Assembly: GCF_000973505.1 (NCBI RefSeq)
Contig: NZ_CP010048.1
Coordinates: forward strand, 60,001-92,000
Length of the DNA: 32,000 nucleotides
Reading direction: 5' to 3'
DNA from: Candidatus Saccharimonadota bacterium
GTDB lineage: Bacteria; Pseudomonadota; Gammaproteobacteria; Enterobacterales; Enterobacteriaceae
Positions 1-9,332 of the stretch are shown here, in pieces. Every line of letters begins with the position of its first letter. The stretch's first letter is position 1. Under the pieces are notes generated by a model. The model saw nothing but the letters and a program-made list of their open reading frames with translations, did no database searches and was not told where the DNA came from. The translations under genes were made by a program, and so were the position numbers.

Positions 1-325
1 TGTTTTTGGTTCAGAACGTTATGTTGTTTTAGTTCGTGAATTAACAAAAATGTGGGAATCTATCTATAGGGGGGTGTTAAAAGAGGTATTAGATAGGGTA
101 GAACATGGTCAGATTTCTATTCGTGGTGAAATAGTTTTAGTTGTTGCAGGGTATTGCATTAATAAGCAGAAAAAAAGAGAAGAAATGTTATCCATGGAGG
201 TTAGATATATAATAGATTTATTAGCAAAAGAGTTGCCATATAGAAGAGTAATAGATTTAGTGGTGAAGATATGTGGAGTCAATAAAAACATGGTGTATAA
301 ATATCTATTAAAGGAAGAAATTTAG
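1..325 (+). CDS. rsmI: 16S rRNA (cytidine1402-2'-O)-methyltransferase RsmI, C-terminal part (5' end outside window)
   Basis: The frame starting at nt 2 reads VFGSERYVVLVRELTKMWESIY...ICGVNKNMVYKYLLKEEI*. This is colinear with the C-terminus of E. coli RsmI/YraL (...SRYVVLARELTKTWETI...IHGVKKNALYKYAL...). The track ORF 50-325 is only the part after an internal Met. Confidence 0.85.
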   Translation, partial: VFGSERYVVLVRELTKMWESIYRGVLKEVLDRVEHGQISIRGEIVLVVAGYCINKQKKREEMLSMEVRYIIDLLAKELPYRRVIDLVVKICGVNKNMVYKYLLKEEI

Positions 326-389
326 AATAAAATGTTGAATGTTAAGTTATATCAAATATAATATGTAGAAAACGTAGTTTGTTTATTGT

Positions 390-817
390 AAGATGGTGGT
401 GTTGATTAGACAATCGCTGTTTTTATTTCGTTATTTTTAATTATAGAAGCAGAGGAAAGTCCGGGCTCCACAGGGTAGAGTGCCAGGTAATTCCTGGGGG
501 ATGTGAAGTCCACGACGAGTGCAACAGAAAATACACCGCCTTATAATATTATATAATTATTAATCATTATAGTTATAAGGTAAGGGTGAAAAGGTGCGGT
601 AAGAGCGCACCGCATATTTGGTAACAATATATGGCAGTGTAAACTCCACTTGGAGCAAGGCTAAATTGGAAAGATATTATAATAACAACAATAAATAATA
701 GGTATGGCCCGTGCCTTAATCTTTTGGGTGAGCCGCTTTTGAGCTAGTATGTGAATGCTGGTCTAGATAGATGATTGTCCATGACAGAACCCGGCTTATC
801 GGTCAACTCCCCATCTT
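390..817 (+). ncRNA. rnpB: RNase P RNA (M1 RNA, bacterial type A)
   Basis: The universal core is conserved almost base-for-base with E. coli M1: GAGGAAAGTCCGGGCTCCACAGGG..GTGCCAGGTAA..CCTGGGGG...CCACGAC.AGTGCAACAGA, GGTAAGGGTGAAAAGGTGCGGTAAGAGCGCACCGC, GTAAACTCCAC..GGAGCAAGGC, ACAGAACCCGGCTTATCGGTCA. The ends pair as P1 (AAGATGG / CCATCTT) and P2 (GTTGA / TCAAC). Confidence 0.95.
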
Positions 818-1090
818 GTGTGTGTTTTTATAGTAATCTTGAATGATTGTATTGTGTTTTTTTATGATTGTTGTTTTATAGTATGTGTATCATAATATTT
901 ATATATTGAATATACGTCATATTATATATTTATATATGTATAAGTTTATATATAAATTTAAGATTTATAAACAGATGTTGAAATTCTTGTTAAGATTCCA
1001 TATTTAATGTTATTTATTAATTTTTATTTTTTAAATAAAATATATTGTATTATTGTTCAGTAAAAATATTTTTATAGAGTATCATATATA

Positions 1091-1753
1091 ATGCGTGTGT
1101 TTGAGGAAGTGCTATATGCATTTTGGAATTATGATTGTAAATCATTTTCTGATGTTAGTAATTTAGTAACAGTAGTGTATTTATTGGCTTTTATAGTATT
1201 GTTTTTAGAAAATGGAATACTTGTTACTTCTTTTTTGCCTGGTGATACTTTGTTAATTTTTTTTGGTATGTTGATAGCAAAAGGTATTTTAAGTTTTCCG
1301 CTTACAGTATGTATATTAACTGTTGCAGCTAGCTTAGGTAGCTGGGTAGGTTATATACAGGGAAGGTGGTTGGAAAGCGCGGTTTTAAAAAATTCTTGGT
1401 TTGCGTATTTACCCCAACGTTATCGTTGTTTGGCTTTTCGAATTTTTGATTCTTATGGATTGTTTGCATTATTTATTGGTCGTTTTGTTGTTTTTGTTCG
1501 AACTTTGTTGCCTATGTTAGCTGCTTTATCTGGTTTTCATGGCATCCGTTTTCATTTTTTTAATTGGGTTAGTGCTTTTTGTTGGATATTAATATTGACT
1601 GTATTAGGATTCTTTTTAGGAAAAACGGATTTAATTCAATCGTACGATCATCAACAAGTAGTGTATTTTTTGTTAATTGTTATTTTTTTTGTGGTAGTAT
1701 TAATTGGTATTATAAGAGTCATTTTCTTTAAGATATCACATGTAAAAAAATAA
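1091..1753 (+). CDS. yqjA: DedA-family inner membrane protein (YqjA/YghB-like)
   Basis: The product is a 220 aa polytopic membrane protein with the DedA signature region ...LFLENGILVTSFLPGDTLLIFFGMLIAKG...GRFVVFVRTLLPMLAALSG...FFNW.... Length and sequence are colinear with the E. coli YqjA/YghB pair. I cannot decide between the two paralogues from sequence alone. Confidence 0.75.
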   Translation: MRVFEEVLYAFWNYDCKSFSDVSNLVTVVYLLAFIVLFLENGILVTSFLPGDTLLIFFGMLIAKGILSFPLTVCILTVAASLGSWVGYIQGRWLESAVLKNSWFAYLPQRYRCLAFRIFDSYGLFALFIGRFVVFVRTLLPMLAALSGFHGIRFHFFNWVSAFCWILILTVLGFFLGKTDLIQSYDHQQVVYFLLIVIFFVVVLIGIIRVIFFKISHVKK

Positions 1754-1825
1754 TATTCAGATAGTGAAAAACAAAATTATTATTGTTTTAGCACAAACAA
1801 CATATATTACTTATTTATTATTTAT

Positions 1826-1900
1826 TGGCCCCTGCTGGATTTGAACCAGCGGCCAAGCGATTATGAGTCGCCTGCTCTGACCAATCTGAGCTAAGGGGCC
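1826..1900 (-). tRNA. ileX: tRNA-Ile2 (anticodon CAU, lysidine-type; ileX-like), no encoded 3' CCA
   Basis: The reverse complement is GGCCCCTTAGCTCAGATTGGTCAGAGCAGGCGACTCATAATCGCTTGGCCGCTGGTTCAAATCCAGCAGGGGCCA. It is nearly identical to E. coli ileX (same acceptor and anticodon stems, CAU anticodon). It lies just downstream of rpoD, as in E. coli. Confidence 0.92.
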
Positions 1901-1952
1901 GAGAATTTAAGATATAAGTTGAATTTTTATTATTGCTCTTTTTTTATTTATT

Positions 1953-3809
1953 TTAATCTTCTAGAAAGCTTCGTAATACTTCTGATCGACTTGGATGCCG
2001 TAACTTTCTCAGTGCTTTAGCTTCAATTTGTCGAATACGCTCTCTAGTTACGTCAAACTGTTTTCCCACTTCTTCTAGGGTGTGGTCTGTGTTCATATCA
2101 ATTCCGAATCTCATTCGTAATACTTTTTCTTCTCGTGGGGTTAATCCGGATAGTATATCGTGAGTAGCAGTACGTAAATTATCAAATGTAGCTGCGTCTA
2201 ACGGTAAATCTAATGAAGTATCTTCAATAAAATCTCCTAAATGAGAATCTTCATCTTCACCAATAGGTGTTTCCATTGAAATTGGTTCTTTAGCAATCTT
2301 TAATACTTTTCTGATTTTGTCTTCTGGCATTAACATTCGTTCTGCTAACTCTTCTGGTGTTGGTTCATGTCCAATTTCTTGCACTATTTGACGAGAAATT
2401 CGGTTGAGTTTGTTAATAGTTTCAATCATATGTACCGGTATTCGAATTGTTCTTGCTTGGTCGGCGATCGATCGAGTAATTGCTTGTCTAATCCACCAAG
2501 TGGCATATGTAGAAAATTTGTACCCTCGTCGATATTCAAATTTGTCAACAGCTTTCATGAGTCCAATGTTGCCTTCTTGAATTAAATCTAAAAATTGTAA
2601 TCCGCGATTAGTATATTTTTTAGCAATCGATATAACTAAACGAAGATTAGCTTCCACCATTTCTTTTTTAGCTCTTTTAGCTTTAGCTTCGCCTATCGAC
2701 ATTCGTCGATTTATATTTTTCATTTGTTGGATTGTGAGTCCGGTTTCGTGTTCAATGTCATGTAATAAATGTAAACTATGATTGATTTCTTTATTGACAT
2801 CAAGTAATTTTTTTGACCATGGTTGGTTCATAGCTATTGCGGTATTTAGCCAAATACCGTTGCTTTCATTTCCGGAAAATAAATCAATGAATTTTTTTTT
2901 TGGCATTTTACTGATTTCAATACACAATTTCATAATTATTCGTTCTTGAATGCGAACACGATTCATGACTGCTCGCATATTGTTGACTAGGTAGTCAAAT
3001 TGTTTTGGTGCCAGCCGAAATTGTTTGAATATTTCAGATAGTTTAAATATTTCTTGTAATGATTGATAATGGTTACGACCATTAAATTTAATAATTTTTT
3101 TAGTTATCTCATATTGTTTTTGTAGTTCTTTGAATTTTGTATGAGCAAATTCAGGATCTATATTGTGATCATCATCGTTATTGTTTTCATCGTTATCTTC
3201 ATCTGTTGATATTGTATTTGTTCGTGATAAAATTTCCTTTATTTCATGAGTAATGTTTATTTGTATTGTGTTGTTGTTGATTTCTAATGTATCATCGTTG
3301 GGGTCAACAAATCCAGTGATTAGGTCTGATAGTCGTGTTTCTCCAGTTTCTACACGTTCGTACTGTTCTAGTAAATAAGTAATTGCTTCTGGGTATTCAG
3401 CTACCGAGCATTGAACTTGATTAATTCCATCTTCGATACGTTTTGCAATGTCTATTTCTCCTTCTCTGGTTAGTAATTCTACACTTCCCATTTCGCGCAT
3501 GTACATTCTTACTGGATCAGTTGTTCGTCCTATTTCTGCTTCTACGTTGGATAGAGCTTGTACAGTAGCTTCTGTTATGTCTTCATCACTATTATCAGTA
3601 TTTTCTGAGAGTAAGAAGTCATCGATATTTGGTGCTTCTTCCATGATTTGTATACCCATGTCATTAATCATTTGAATGATGTCTTCTATTTGTTCAGAAT
3701 CAATAATTTCTTCTGGTAAATGATCGTTAACATCAGCAAATGTTAAATATCCTTGTTCTTTTCCTCGTGTAACAAGTAGTTTAAGTTGTGATTCCTGATT
3801 ATGTTCCAT
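1953..3809 (-). CDS. rpoD: RNA polymerase sigma-70 factor RpoD
   Basis: From Met9 of track ORF 1953-3833 the product reads [23 protein letters not shown]... (E. coli: [23 protein letters not shown]). Regions 2-4 are near-identical ([27 protein letters not shown]; [30 protein letters not shown]). I set the start at 3809 by homology; in-frame ATGs at 3818 and 3833 are alternatives. Confidence 0.97.
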   Translation of the reverse strand: MEHNQESQLKLLVTRGKEQGYLTFADVNDHLPEEIIDSEQIEDIIQMINDMGIQIMEEAPNIDDFLLSENTDNSDEDITEATVQALSNVEAEIGRTTDPVRMYMREMGSVELLTREGEIDIAKRIEDGINQVQCSVAEYPEAITYLLEQYERVETGETRLSDLITGFVDPNDDTLEINNNTIQINITHEIKEILSRTNTISTDEDNDENNNDDDHNIDPEFAHTKFKELQKQYEITKKIIKFNGRNHYQSLQEIFKLSEIFKQFRLAPKQFDYLVNNMRAVMNRVRIQERIIMKLCIEISKMPKKKFIDLFSGNESNGIWLNTAIAMNQPWSKKLLDVNKEINHSLHLLHDIEHETGLTIQQMKNINRRMSIGEAKAKRAKKEMVEANLRLVISIAKKYTNRGLQFLDLIQEGNIGLMKAVDKFEYRRGYKFSTYATWWIRQAITRSIADQARTIRIPVHMIETINKLNRISRQIVQEIGHEPTPEELAERMLMPEDKIRKVLKIAKEPISMETPIGEDEDSHLGDFIEDTSLDLPLDAATFDNLRTATHDILSGLTPREEKVLRMRFGIDMNTDHTLEEVGKQFDVTRERIRQIEAKALRKLRHPSRSEVLRSFLED

Positions 3810-4201
3810 AACAATCATACCAATATAACGCAAGTTGATTACAATATTATTATATTATATATTATTATTATTATTATATTATATATTATTAATTATTATG
3901 TAATTAAATTATCATTAAAGTCTGTATTATATCTTTATTTATATTAAATAATATATTATTAGTATTAATATATTATATAGTAGCATCATTATAATAATAC
4001 AATAGTATCATTATATTATATCTGTACTGTAATTATAATTTTATAATGTTTTGTTACAATATTTGTTATAATATTTGATTCATATATATTTTTAATTATT
4101 TTTGTTTATTATTTTCATTTTATAGTTGATTTTTATTAGTTTTTATATGCGTTAATGTTAAATCATTATTTTTAAAAAAGAAATATTTTCTTGCATATTT
4201 A

Positions 4202-5956
4202 TTATTTATTTTTTGCTAATATTTTGTTAATATGCCACAGTCTTTCAGACTGTTCTTTTGTTAATTTGTTGTTTCTAGACATAGCAATTAATGTTTCTTG
4301 TTGTTCTATTAGTATTAATTTTTTTAAGTTAAGTAGAGTGTCTTTGAAAATTGTTTGAATAATATCATTTTTAGGCGCGTAATTCCATGTAATGAATTGT
4401 TTAATTGTTCTATACATTATTGTTCGTCTATAATGTTCTAAAATATATCCAAGTGTTGTTTGTGGATAATTTTTACAAAATTCAATTAATTCAATTAGTG
4501 TGTGAGTATAAGCTTCTTTGATATTTATTAAATCGTTTTTGTTGATTGATATTAGTGTAGCGAGTTGGGGTTTTTGTAATAGTAGTTTTATTAGAATATT
4601 AATTGTAGTGTTTTTTATTTTTGGTGTTTGATGTTTAGTTTTATGATTATTAGTGGTATTATATGCGGATAGTTGTTTAAGTTTATTATCGTCTAAAATA
4701 CCAATTTTATTTCCTAGTTCTTGATGCAGTTGCATACGTAATATTTTTCCCGGTATAACATTAATTATTGATAATGCTAAGTGGCCAAATTTTGACCGTC
4801 CCTCTATAGTTTTTATGTCTACTTTTTTTAATAGTGTTTTGAATAGGAAAATAGATAATGGTTCTGCGTTTTGTATATATTTCAAGAAATTTGTTTTTCC
4901 TATTTTTCGTATTAATGTATCAGGATCTTCTGTTTTTGGAAGAAACACAAATGATAATATTCTGTTATCAGTTAGGTAAGGAAGCGTTGTTTTTAATGTT
5001 CGCCACGCTGCTTTTTGTCCTGATTGATCTCCATCATAGCAACAGATAATTTTCTCTGTATTGTGATATAATAATTGTATGTGTGTTACGGATGTTGACG
5101 TGCCTAGTGAGGCTACTGCATGATGAATTCCAAATTGTGTTAAAGTGATAACATCCATGTAGCCTTCTACGAGAAGAATATACGGTGGTGATTGGTTTGT
5201 TTTTTTAAGTTCATATAGTCCGTACAGTTGTTTCCGTTTTTTAAAGATATCGGTATCTGGTGAATTCAAATATTTAGGTGTTTTATTTCCAATCGCGCGT
5301 CCTCCAAATGCAATTACTTGGCCGTTCTTATTTCGTATTGGGAATATAATTCGTTCTCGAAATCTATCATACATATGACCCTGATTGTTTATAATTAGTA
5401 TGCCAGCTTTATTTAGTAGTCGTTGAGTTTTTTTTGATGTTCCAATTTCTTTCGCGACATTTTTCCATTCATTTTTTGCAAAACCAATGTTAAAATATTT
5501 AATTATGGTAGGATTTAATCCTCTTGTTTGTAAATATTCACGAGCTTGTATAGCTGAGTTTTGCGTTAAGTTATTTTGATAAAAAATATTCAAATTGTTC
5601 ATTAAGTTGTATAGCTCTTGTTGTTCTTGGTATTGTGCACTGTTAAATTTTGAATTATATGGCGTTATATTAATTCCATGTATGGATGCTAGTTCTTTAA
5701 TAGATTCAACGAATCCTATGTGTTCATAGTGTATTAAAAAATCAATTGCGTTACCATGTACACCGCAGCTAAAGCAGTAGTAAAATTGTTTTTCAAAACT
5801 TACACTGAAAGATGGGTGTTTTTCTTGATGAAAGGGGCAATAACCATAAAAGTTTTTTCCTGTTTTTTTTAATTTTATTCGTGTGTTAATTAAATCGACT
5901 ATATTTGTTCGTGATAATATGTCATGTATTATTGATGATGGTATTAAATGTGTCAT
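4202..5956 (-). CDS. dnaG: DNA primase DnaG
   Basis: The 584 aa product has the zinc ribbon CPFHQEKHPSFSV..FYYCFSCGVHGNAIDFL and TOPRIM motifs (VEGYMDV, YDGDQSGQKAA). It lies between rpsU and rpoD, as in the E. coli rpsU-dnaG-rpoD operon. Confidence 0.97.
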   Translation of the reverse strand: MTHLIPSSIIHDILSRTNIVDLINTRIKLKKTGKNFYGYCPFHQEKHPSFSVSFEKQFYYCFSCGVHGNAIDFLIHYEHIGFVESIKELASIHGINITPYNSKFNSAQYQEQQELYNLMNNLNIFYQNNLTQNSAIQAREYLQTRGLNPTIIKYFNIGFAKNEWKNVAKEIGTSKKTQRLLNKAGILIINNQGHMYDRFRERIIFPIRNKNGQVIAFGGRAIGNKTPKYLNSPDTDIFKKRKQLYGLYELKKTNQSPPYILLVEGYMDVITLTQFGIHHAVASLGTSTSVTHIQLLYHNTEKIICCYDGDQSGQKAAWRTLKTTLPYLTDNRILSFVFLPKTEDPDTLIRKIGKTNFLKYIQNAEPLSIFLFKTLLKKVDIKTIEGRSKFGHLALSIINVIPGKILRMQLHQELGNKIGILDDNKLKQLSAYNTTNNHKTKHQTPKIKNTTINILIKLLLQKPQLATLISINKNDLINIKEAYTHTLIELIEFCKNYPQTTLGYILEHYRRTIMYRTIKQFITWNYAPKNDIIQTIFKDTLLNLKKLILIEQQETLIAMSRNNKLTKEQSERLWHINKILAKNK

Positions 5957-6185
5957 ATATTATATTTATATGAATTATGAAATTTGGTTTTCTTATCAAT
6001 ATAATATTAATAGCATTAACAGGACAGTACTGTAAAATATTTTACATAATAGTTTAATTTTCAAAAATGAATATTTTTATTGATCTTGCGTGTTATTGGG
6101 GCAAGACAGGTGTAATATTTACTTTGAGTTTAAATTGTAAATTGTTTTATTTGTTATATTGTTCGTTTCGCAAATATCTTTAATA

Positions 6186-6401
6186 TTAATATAAACGGTT
6201 TCGTTGTATATTTTCACGTGCTATTTTTTTAATATGCCTTTTAATAGCAGATGCTTTTGCTCGTTTTCTTTCTGTAGTTGGTTTTTCATAGAATTCTCGT
6301 CGTCGAACTTCAGCTAAAATTCCTGATTTTTCACAGGATCGTTTGAAACGGCGTAAGGCCACATCAAATGGTTCATTATCTCTAACTTTTATAATAGGCA
6401 T
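6186..6401 (-). CDS. rpsU: 30S ribosomal protein S21
   Basis: The 71 aa product, [52 protein letters not shown]..., is nearly identical to E. coli S21. A GAGGGA Shine-Dalgarno precedes the ATG. Confidence 0.98.
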   Translation of the reverse strand: MPIIKVRDNEPFDVALRRFKRSCEKSGILAEVRRREFYEKPTTERKRAKASAIKRHIKKIARENIQRNRLY

Positions 6402-6641
6402 GTTTCCCTCGTGGTATAATTTTTATTTTTATAGTTTGATAAAATCAACTATATTTAGTATAACATTTAAAAAAAACGATCGCAATATTCAACTTTAATA
6501 GGATTTTGTTTGTAGAATTTTTTAAACATTTTATTTTTTTATTATTGTTAATATTGTGATTGTTTCCTTATGATAGGATGATAGGTATAGATTTTAAGGT
6601 TAGAATAATTTTAAATTTTTTTATGTAATGCGAATTATAGT

Positions 6642-7649
6642 ATGCGTGTATTGGGTATTGAAACATCGTGCGATGAGACTGGTATAGCAGTTTACGATGA
6701 AGATTCTGGATTAGTTGCTAATCAATTATATAGTCAAAGTGAAATTCATTCTTGTTATGGTGGAGTGGTTCCAGAATTAGCTTCTCGTGATCATATAAGA
6801 AAGATAGTTCCTTTGATTCAGCATGCAATATTAGAATCGGGATCTATAGGTGTAGATGCTGTTGCTTACACTGCTGGTCCCGGTTTGATGGGTGCTTTAA
6901 TGGTGGGTGCAACAGTGGGACATGCTCTTGCTTATGCTTGGCGAGTTCCTGTTATTAAAGTAAATCATATGGAAGGTCATTTATTAACCCCCATAATGTT
7001 AAAAGAGAAAATATTAATGTTTCCTTTTATTTCTCTTTTGGTGTCCGGGGGGCATACCCAATTGATTTTTGTACATGATATAGGGAAATATAAAGTGTTA
7101 GGTGATTCATTAGATGATGCGGCAGGAGAGGTTTTTGATAAAATTGCACAATTACTGGGGTTAAAATATCCAGGAGGTGCTATGTTGTCAGAAATTGCGA
7201 AAAAAGGTGTTTCTGGTCGTTATATTTTTCCTCGTCCCATGAGTAATCGATCAGGTTTTGATTTTAGTTTTTCTGGTTTAAAAACGTGTGTAGCAAATGT
7301 CATTGCAAAGAGTAAAGATAATGATCAAACTCGTTATGATATAGCGCGTGCTTTTGAGGATGCCATGGTAGATACTTTATTAATTAAATGTAAACGTGCC
7401 TTAGATTGGACAGGTTGTAAATTATTATTAATTGGTGGCGGGGTTAGTGCTAATCGTTGTTTGCGTCAACGTTTATCGGATACGTTGTCAGCGAAGGGAG
7501 TGGAAATTCTTTGTGCTCCTCTTGAATTTTGTACTGATAATGCCGCTATGATTGCCTATGTGGGTATGTTGCGTTTTCGATCGGGACTATTTAGTCAAGA
7601 TTTATCTATTATGGTCAATCCTCGTTGGTCTATTGAAGATGTATTGTAG
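6642..7649 (+). CDS. tsaD: tRNA N6-adenosine threonylcarbamoyltransferase TsaD (Gcp/YgjD)
   Basis: The 335 aa product begins [20 protein letters not shown]..., contains [12 protein letters not shown] and the HMEGH metal site, and is colinear with E. coli TsaD. It is divergent from rpsU, as in E. coli. Confidence 0.97.
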   Translation: MRVLGIETSCDETGIAVYDEDSGLVANQLYSQSEIHSCYGGVVPELASRDHIRKIVPLIQHAILESGSIGVDAVAYTAGPGLMGALMVGATVGHALAYAWRVPVIKVNHMEGHLLTPIMLKEKILMFPFISLLVSGGHTQLIFVHDIGKYKVLGDSLDDAAGEVFDKIAQLLGLKYPGGAMLSEIAKKGVSGRYIFPRPMSNRSGFDFSFSGLKTCVANVIAKSKDNDQTRYDIARAFEDAMVDTLLIKCKRALDWTGCKLLLIGGGVSANRCLRQRLSDTLSAKGVEILCAPLEFCTDNAAMIAYVGMLRFRSGLFSQDLSIMVNPRWSIEDVL

Positions 7650-7726
7650 TGTAGGTGAAGATATATTGTAATATAGGTACAATATTATGTTAATATATTA
7701 TATTTTATGTTGATTTTTATATCATG

Positions 7727-8329
7727 TTACTGTTTTATTTTACTATGCCATATTTTGATTTCTTGACCTTGATATAAACGCATTATGTTATCATAATGTC
7801 TAATTAATATTAGTAGAGATAATATTATTGACAATGCTGTGAATTGTGGATGCATGCAGCAGATATATATAGGAGTGATGAAGGATGTAATAATAGTTCC
7901 TAATGAGACATATCCGGAAATTAGAATACTGGATATCCATGTCGTGATCATGATTCCGGCAATGTCTATACTAATTATTGATAGTGATCCGAATGCAGTT
8001 GCTACGCCTTTTCCACCGCGAAAATTAAAAAATATTGGATAAATATGTCCTATGTAGGTACTGAGGGCTAGTATTTCTGTTTCTAACGAGTTGATTTTCA
8101 GAAACACAGATCCTATCCAAATAGGGATTATACCTTTTAGAATATCAAATATTACCACAATGGTAGCTGTTTTTTTTCCTAGTTTTCTTAATATATTTGT
8201 TGCTCCTGGATTTTTAGATCCATAAGATCGTGGGTCTGGGGAATTTTTATATTGACTAATTAAAATAGCGCTTGAAATTGAACCAATAAGATAAGAGAAT
8301 ACTATAAGAATAAGTGTATTGGTATTCAT
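7727..8329 (-). CDS. plsY: glycerol-3-phosphate acyltransferase PlsY (YgiH)
   Basis: The product is a 200 aa polytopic membrane protein with PlsY motifs GSKNPGATN and FRGGKGVATAFG, plus the C-terminal ...LILIRHYDNIMRLYQGQE. It is colinear with E. coli PlsY. Confidence 0.94.
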   Translation of the reverse strand: MNTNTLILIVFSYLIGSISSAILISQYKNSPDPRSYGSKNPGATNILRKLGKKTATIVVIFDILKGIIPIWIGSVFLKINSLETEILALSTYIGHIYPIFFNFRGGKGVATAFGSLSIISIDIAGIMITTWISSILISGYVSLGTIITSFITPIYICCMHPQFTALSIILSLLILIRHYDNIMRLYQGQEIKIWHSKIKQ

Positions 8330-8843
8330 AAATTATATACCTTAAATTAATTTTTTAAGTTTGATTGTATTGAATATTTTAAACTGTCCGTAATTTTTTT
8401 AATAGTTTTTTTAAAATAGTGTTATTATAATTGTGAATTTAGAGATCTGTATATCTGTATACTGATGACTTGTTATTATATAATCATATATTTATTATAT
8501 TTATATTGATATATTATTGTATATATATTTACTATTTATATTATTTTATTACTTAATTTTTATTACTTATATTATATATTATAATTATATATTATAACTG
8601 TTATTACTATAAATTATATCTATAAATTATATGTTATAGTTATTACTATATAATAATATTATAACAGTAATATAATAATAAAATAATAAGTAATATAATA
8701 TATTGAACGATAATATATTAAAATATTATAACAATAATATAAATAATAATAACAATAATAATATATATATGAATAATTACAATCATTATGCATATTATAT
8801 CGTGGTGTTGTATGTGACAAGTTGTCTAAGTTGGTATTAATTT

Positions 8844-9203
8844 ATGAACATTTTGTTTATTAAAGGGTTAGTTGTTACAACTGTTATAGGAATATATAAT
8901 TGGGAACGAAATTGTTTACAAAAATTAATTTTTGATTTAGAAATTGGTTATTATTATGATCAGACAAAAATTTTTAATGATCAAATTCAAGATTATTTGA
9001 ATTATCAAGATGTTAGTGATGTTGTGTCTGTGCTAGTGTCACATAGGTGTTTTTTTTTATTAGAGTCTGTTGCAGAATGTGTTGCCAGTGAATTAATGTT
9101 TCGTTTTGGTATTCCATGGATTCGTGTTAAGGTTAGTAAATTTGGAGCTCTTGCTAAGGATGTTGATGTAGGTATAATTATTGAAAGGGGTAAAAAAAGA
9201 TAA
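8844..9203 (+). CDS. folB: dihydroneopterin aldolase FolB
   Basis: The 119 aa product is colinear with E. coli FolB. Examples: VIGIYNWERNCLQKLIFDLEI versus TIGVYDWEQTIEQKLVFDIEM, and GIPWIRVKVSKFGALAKDVDVGIIIERG versus SPWVRIKLSKPGAVARAANVGVIIERG. It sits next to uppP, as in E. coli. Confidence 0.9.
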   Translation: MNILFIKGLVVTTVIGIYNWERNCLQKLIFDLEIGYYYDQTKIFNDQIQDYLNYQDVSDVVSVLVSHRCFFLLESVAECVASELMFRFGIPWIRVKVSKFGALAKDVDVGIIIERGKKR

Positions 9204-9332
9204 TATGTTTTAATTTCATAATACAATAATTTAGAATACAATGAACATTCAGGTAAAGGGTCAATTAAAAAATATTTAAAATTATTTCTGGATATTTTGA
9301 GGTGGGTAGTTTGTGTTTTTTGGGGTAAAATA

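Noticed and set aside
4461-4469. Perfect DnaA-box sequence TGTGGATAA (plus 8/9 matches near 14380 and 31022), and the idea that the G/C-free spacers (3840-4060, 8460-8800) are an origin or DNA-unwinding element
   Set aside because: The perfect box is isolated inside the dnaG coding sequence. There is no cluster of boxes next to an AT-rich tract. The G>C/T>A skew does not change sign anywhere in the window, so there is no evidence for oriC here.
6024-6046. Overlapping palindromes ACAGTACTGT and TGTAAAATATTTTACA between rpsU and dnaG, superficially LexA-box-like (CTGT...ACA)
   Set aside because: The spacing is CTGT-N10-ACA, not the CTGT-N8-ACAG of the SOS box. By a rough composition-based estimate (about 0.3 pairing probability per position), a few perfect 14-16 bp palindromes are expected by chance in 32 kb of this composition. 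At most it is a weak A-U hairpin.
6066-6110. Stem TCTTGC...GCAAGA (12 nt loop) in the rpsU-dnaG spacer, considered as the equivalent of the E. coli internal attenuating terminator T1
   Set aside because: The stem is only 6 bp with a large loop, and the downstream minus-strand sequence is A/T-mixed rather than a U-run. The evidence is too weak to call.
7663-7685. Hairpin ATATTGTA-(7 nt)-TACAATAT between convergent tsaD and plsY, considered as a bidirectional terminator
   Set aside because: The stem is only 8 bp, almost all A-T, and lacks a clean U-tract on the plsY side. It is plausible but not supportable as a feature without transcript 3' end data.
9297-9332. N-terminal extensions created by the track's use of TTG/GTG starts. 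Affected genes and track starts: uppP 9297, hldE 12001, plsC 14549, orn 26401, tsaE 27394, amiB 27861, miaA 29528, and rpoD 3833.
   Set aside because: Alignment with the E. coli N-termini, and Shine-Dalgarno placement where visible (hldE, plsC), favour the downstream starts given in the feature list. The extensions are non-homologous and hydrophobic or low-complexity.
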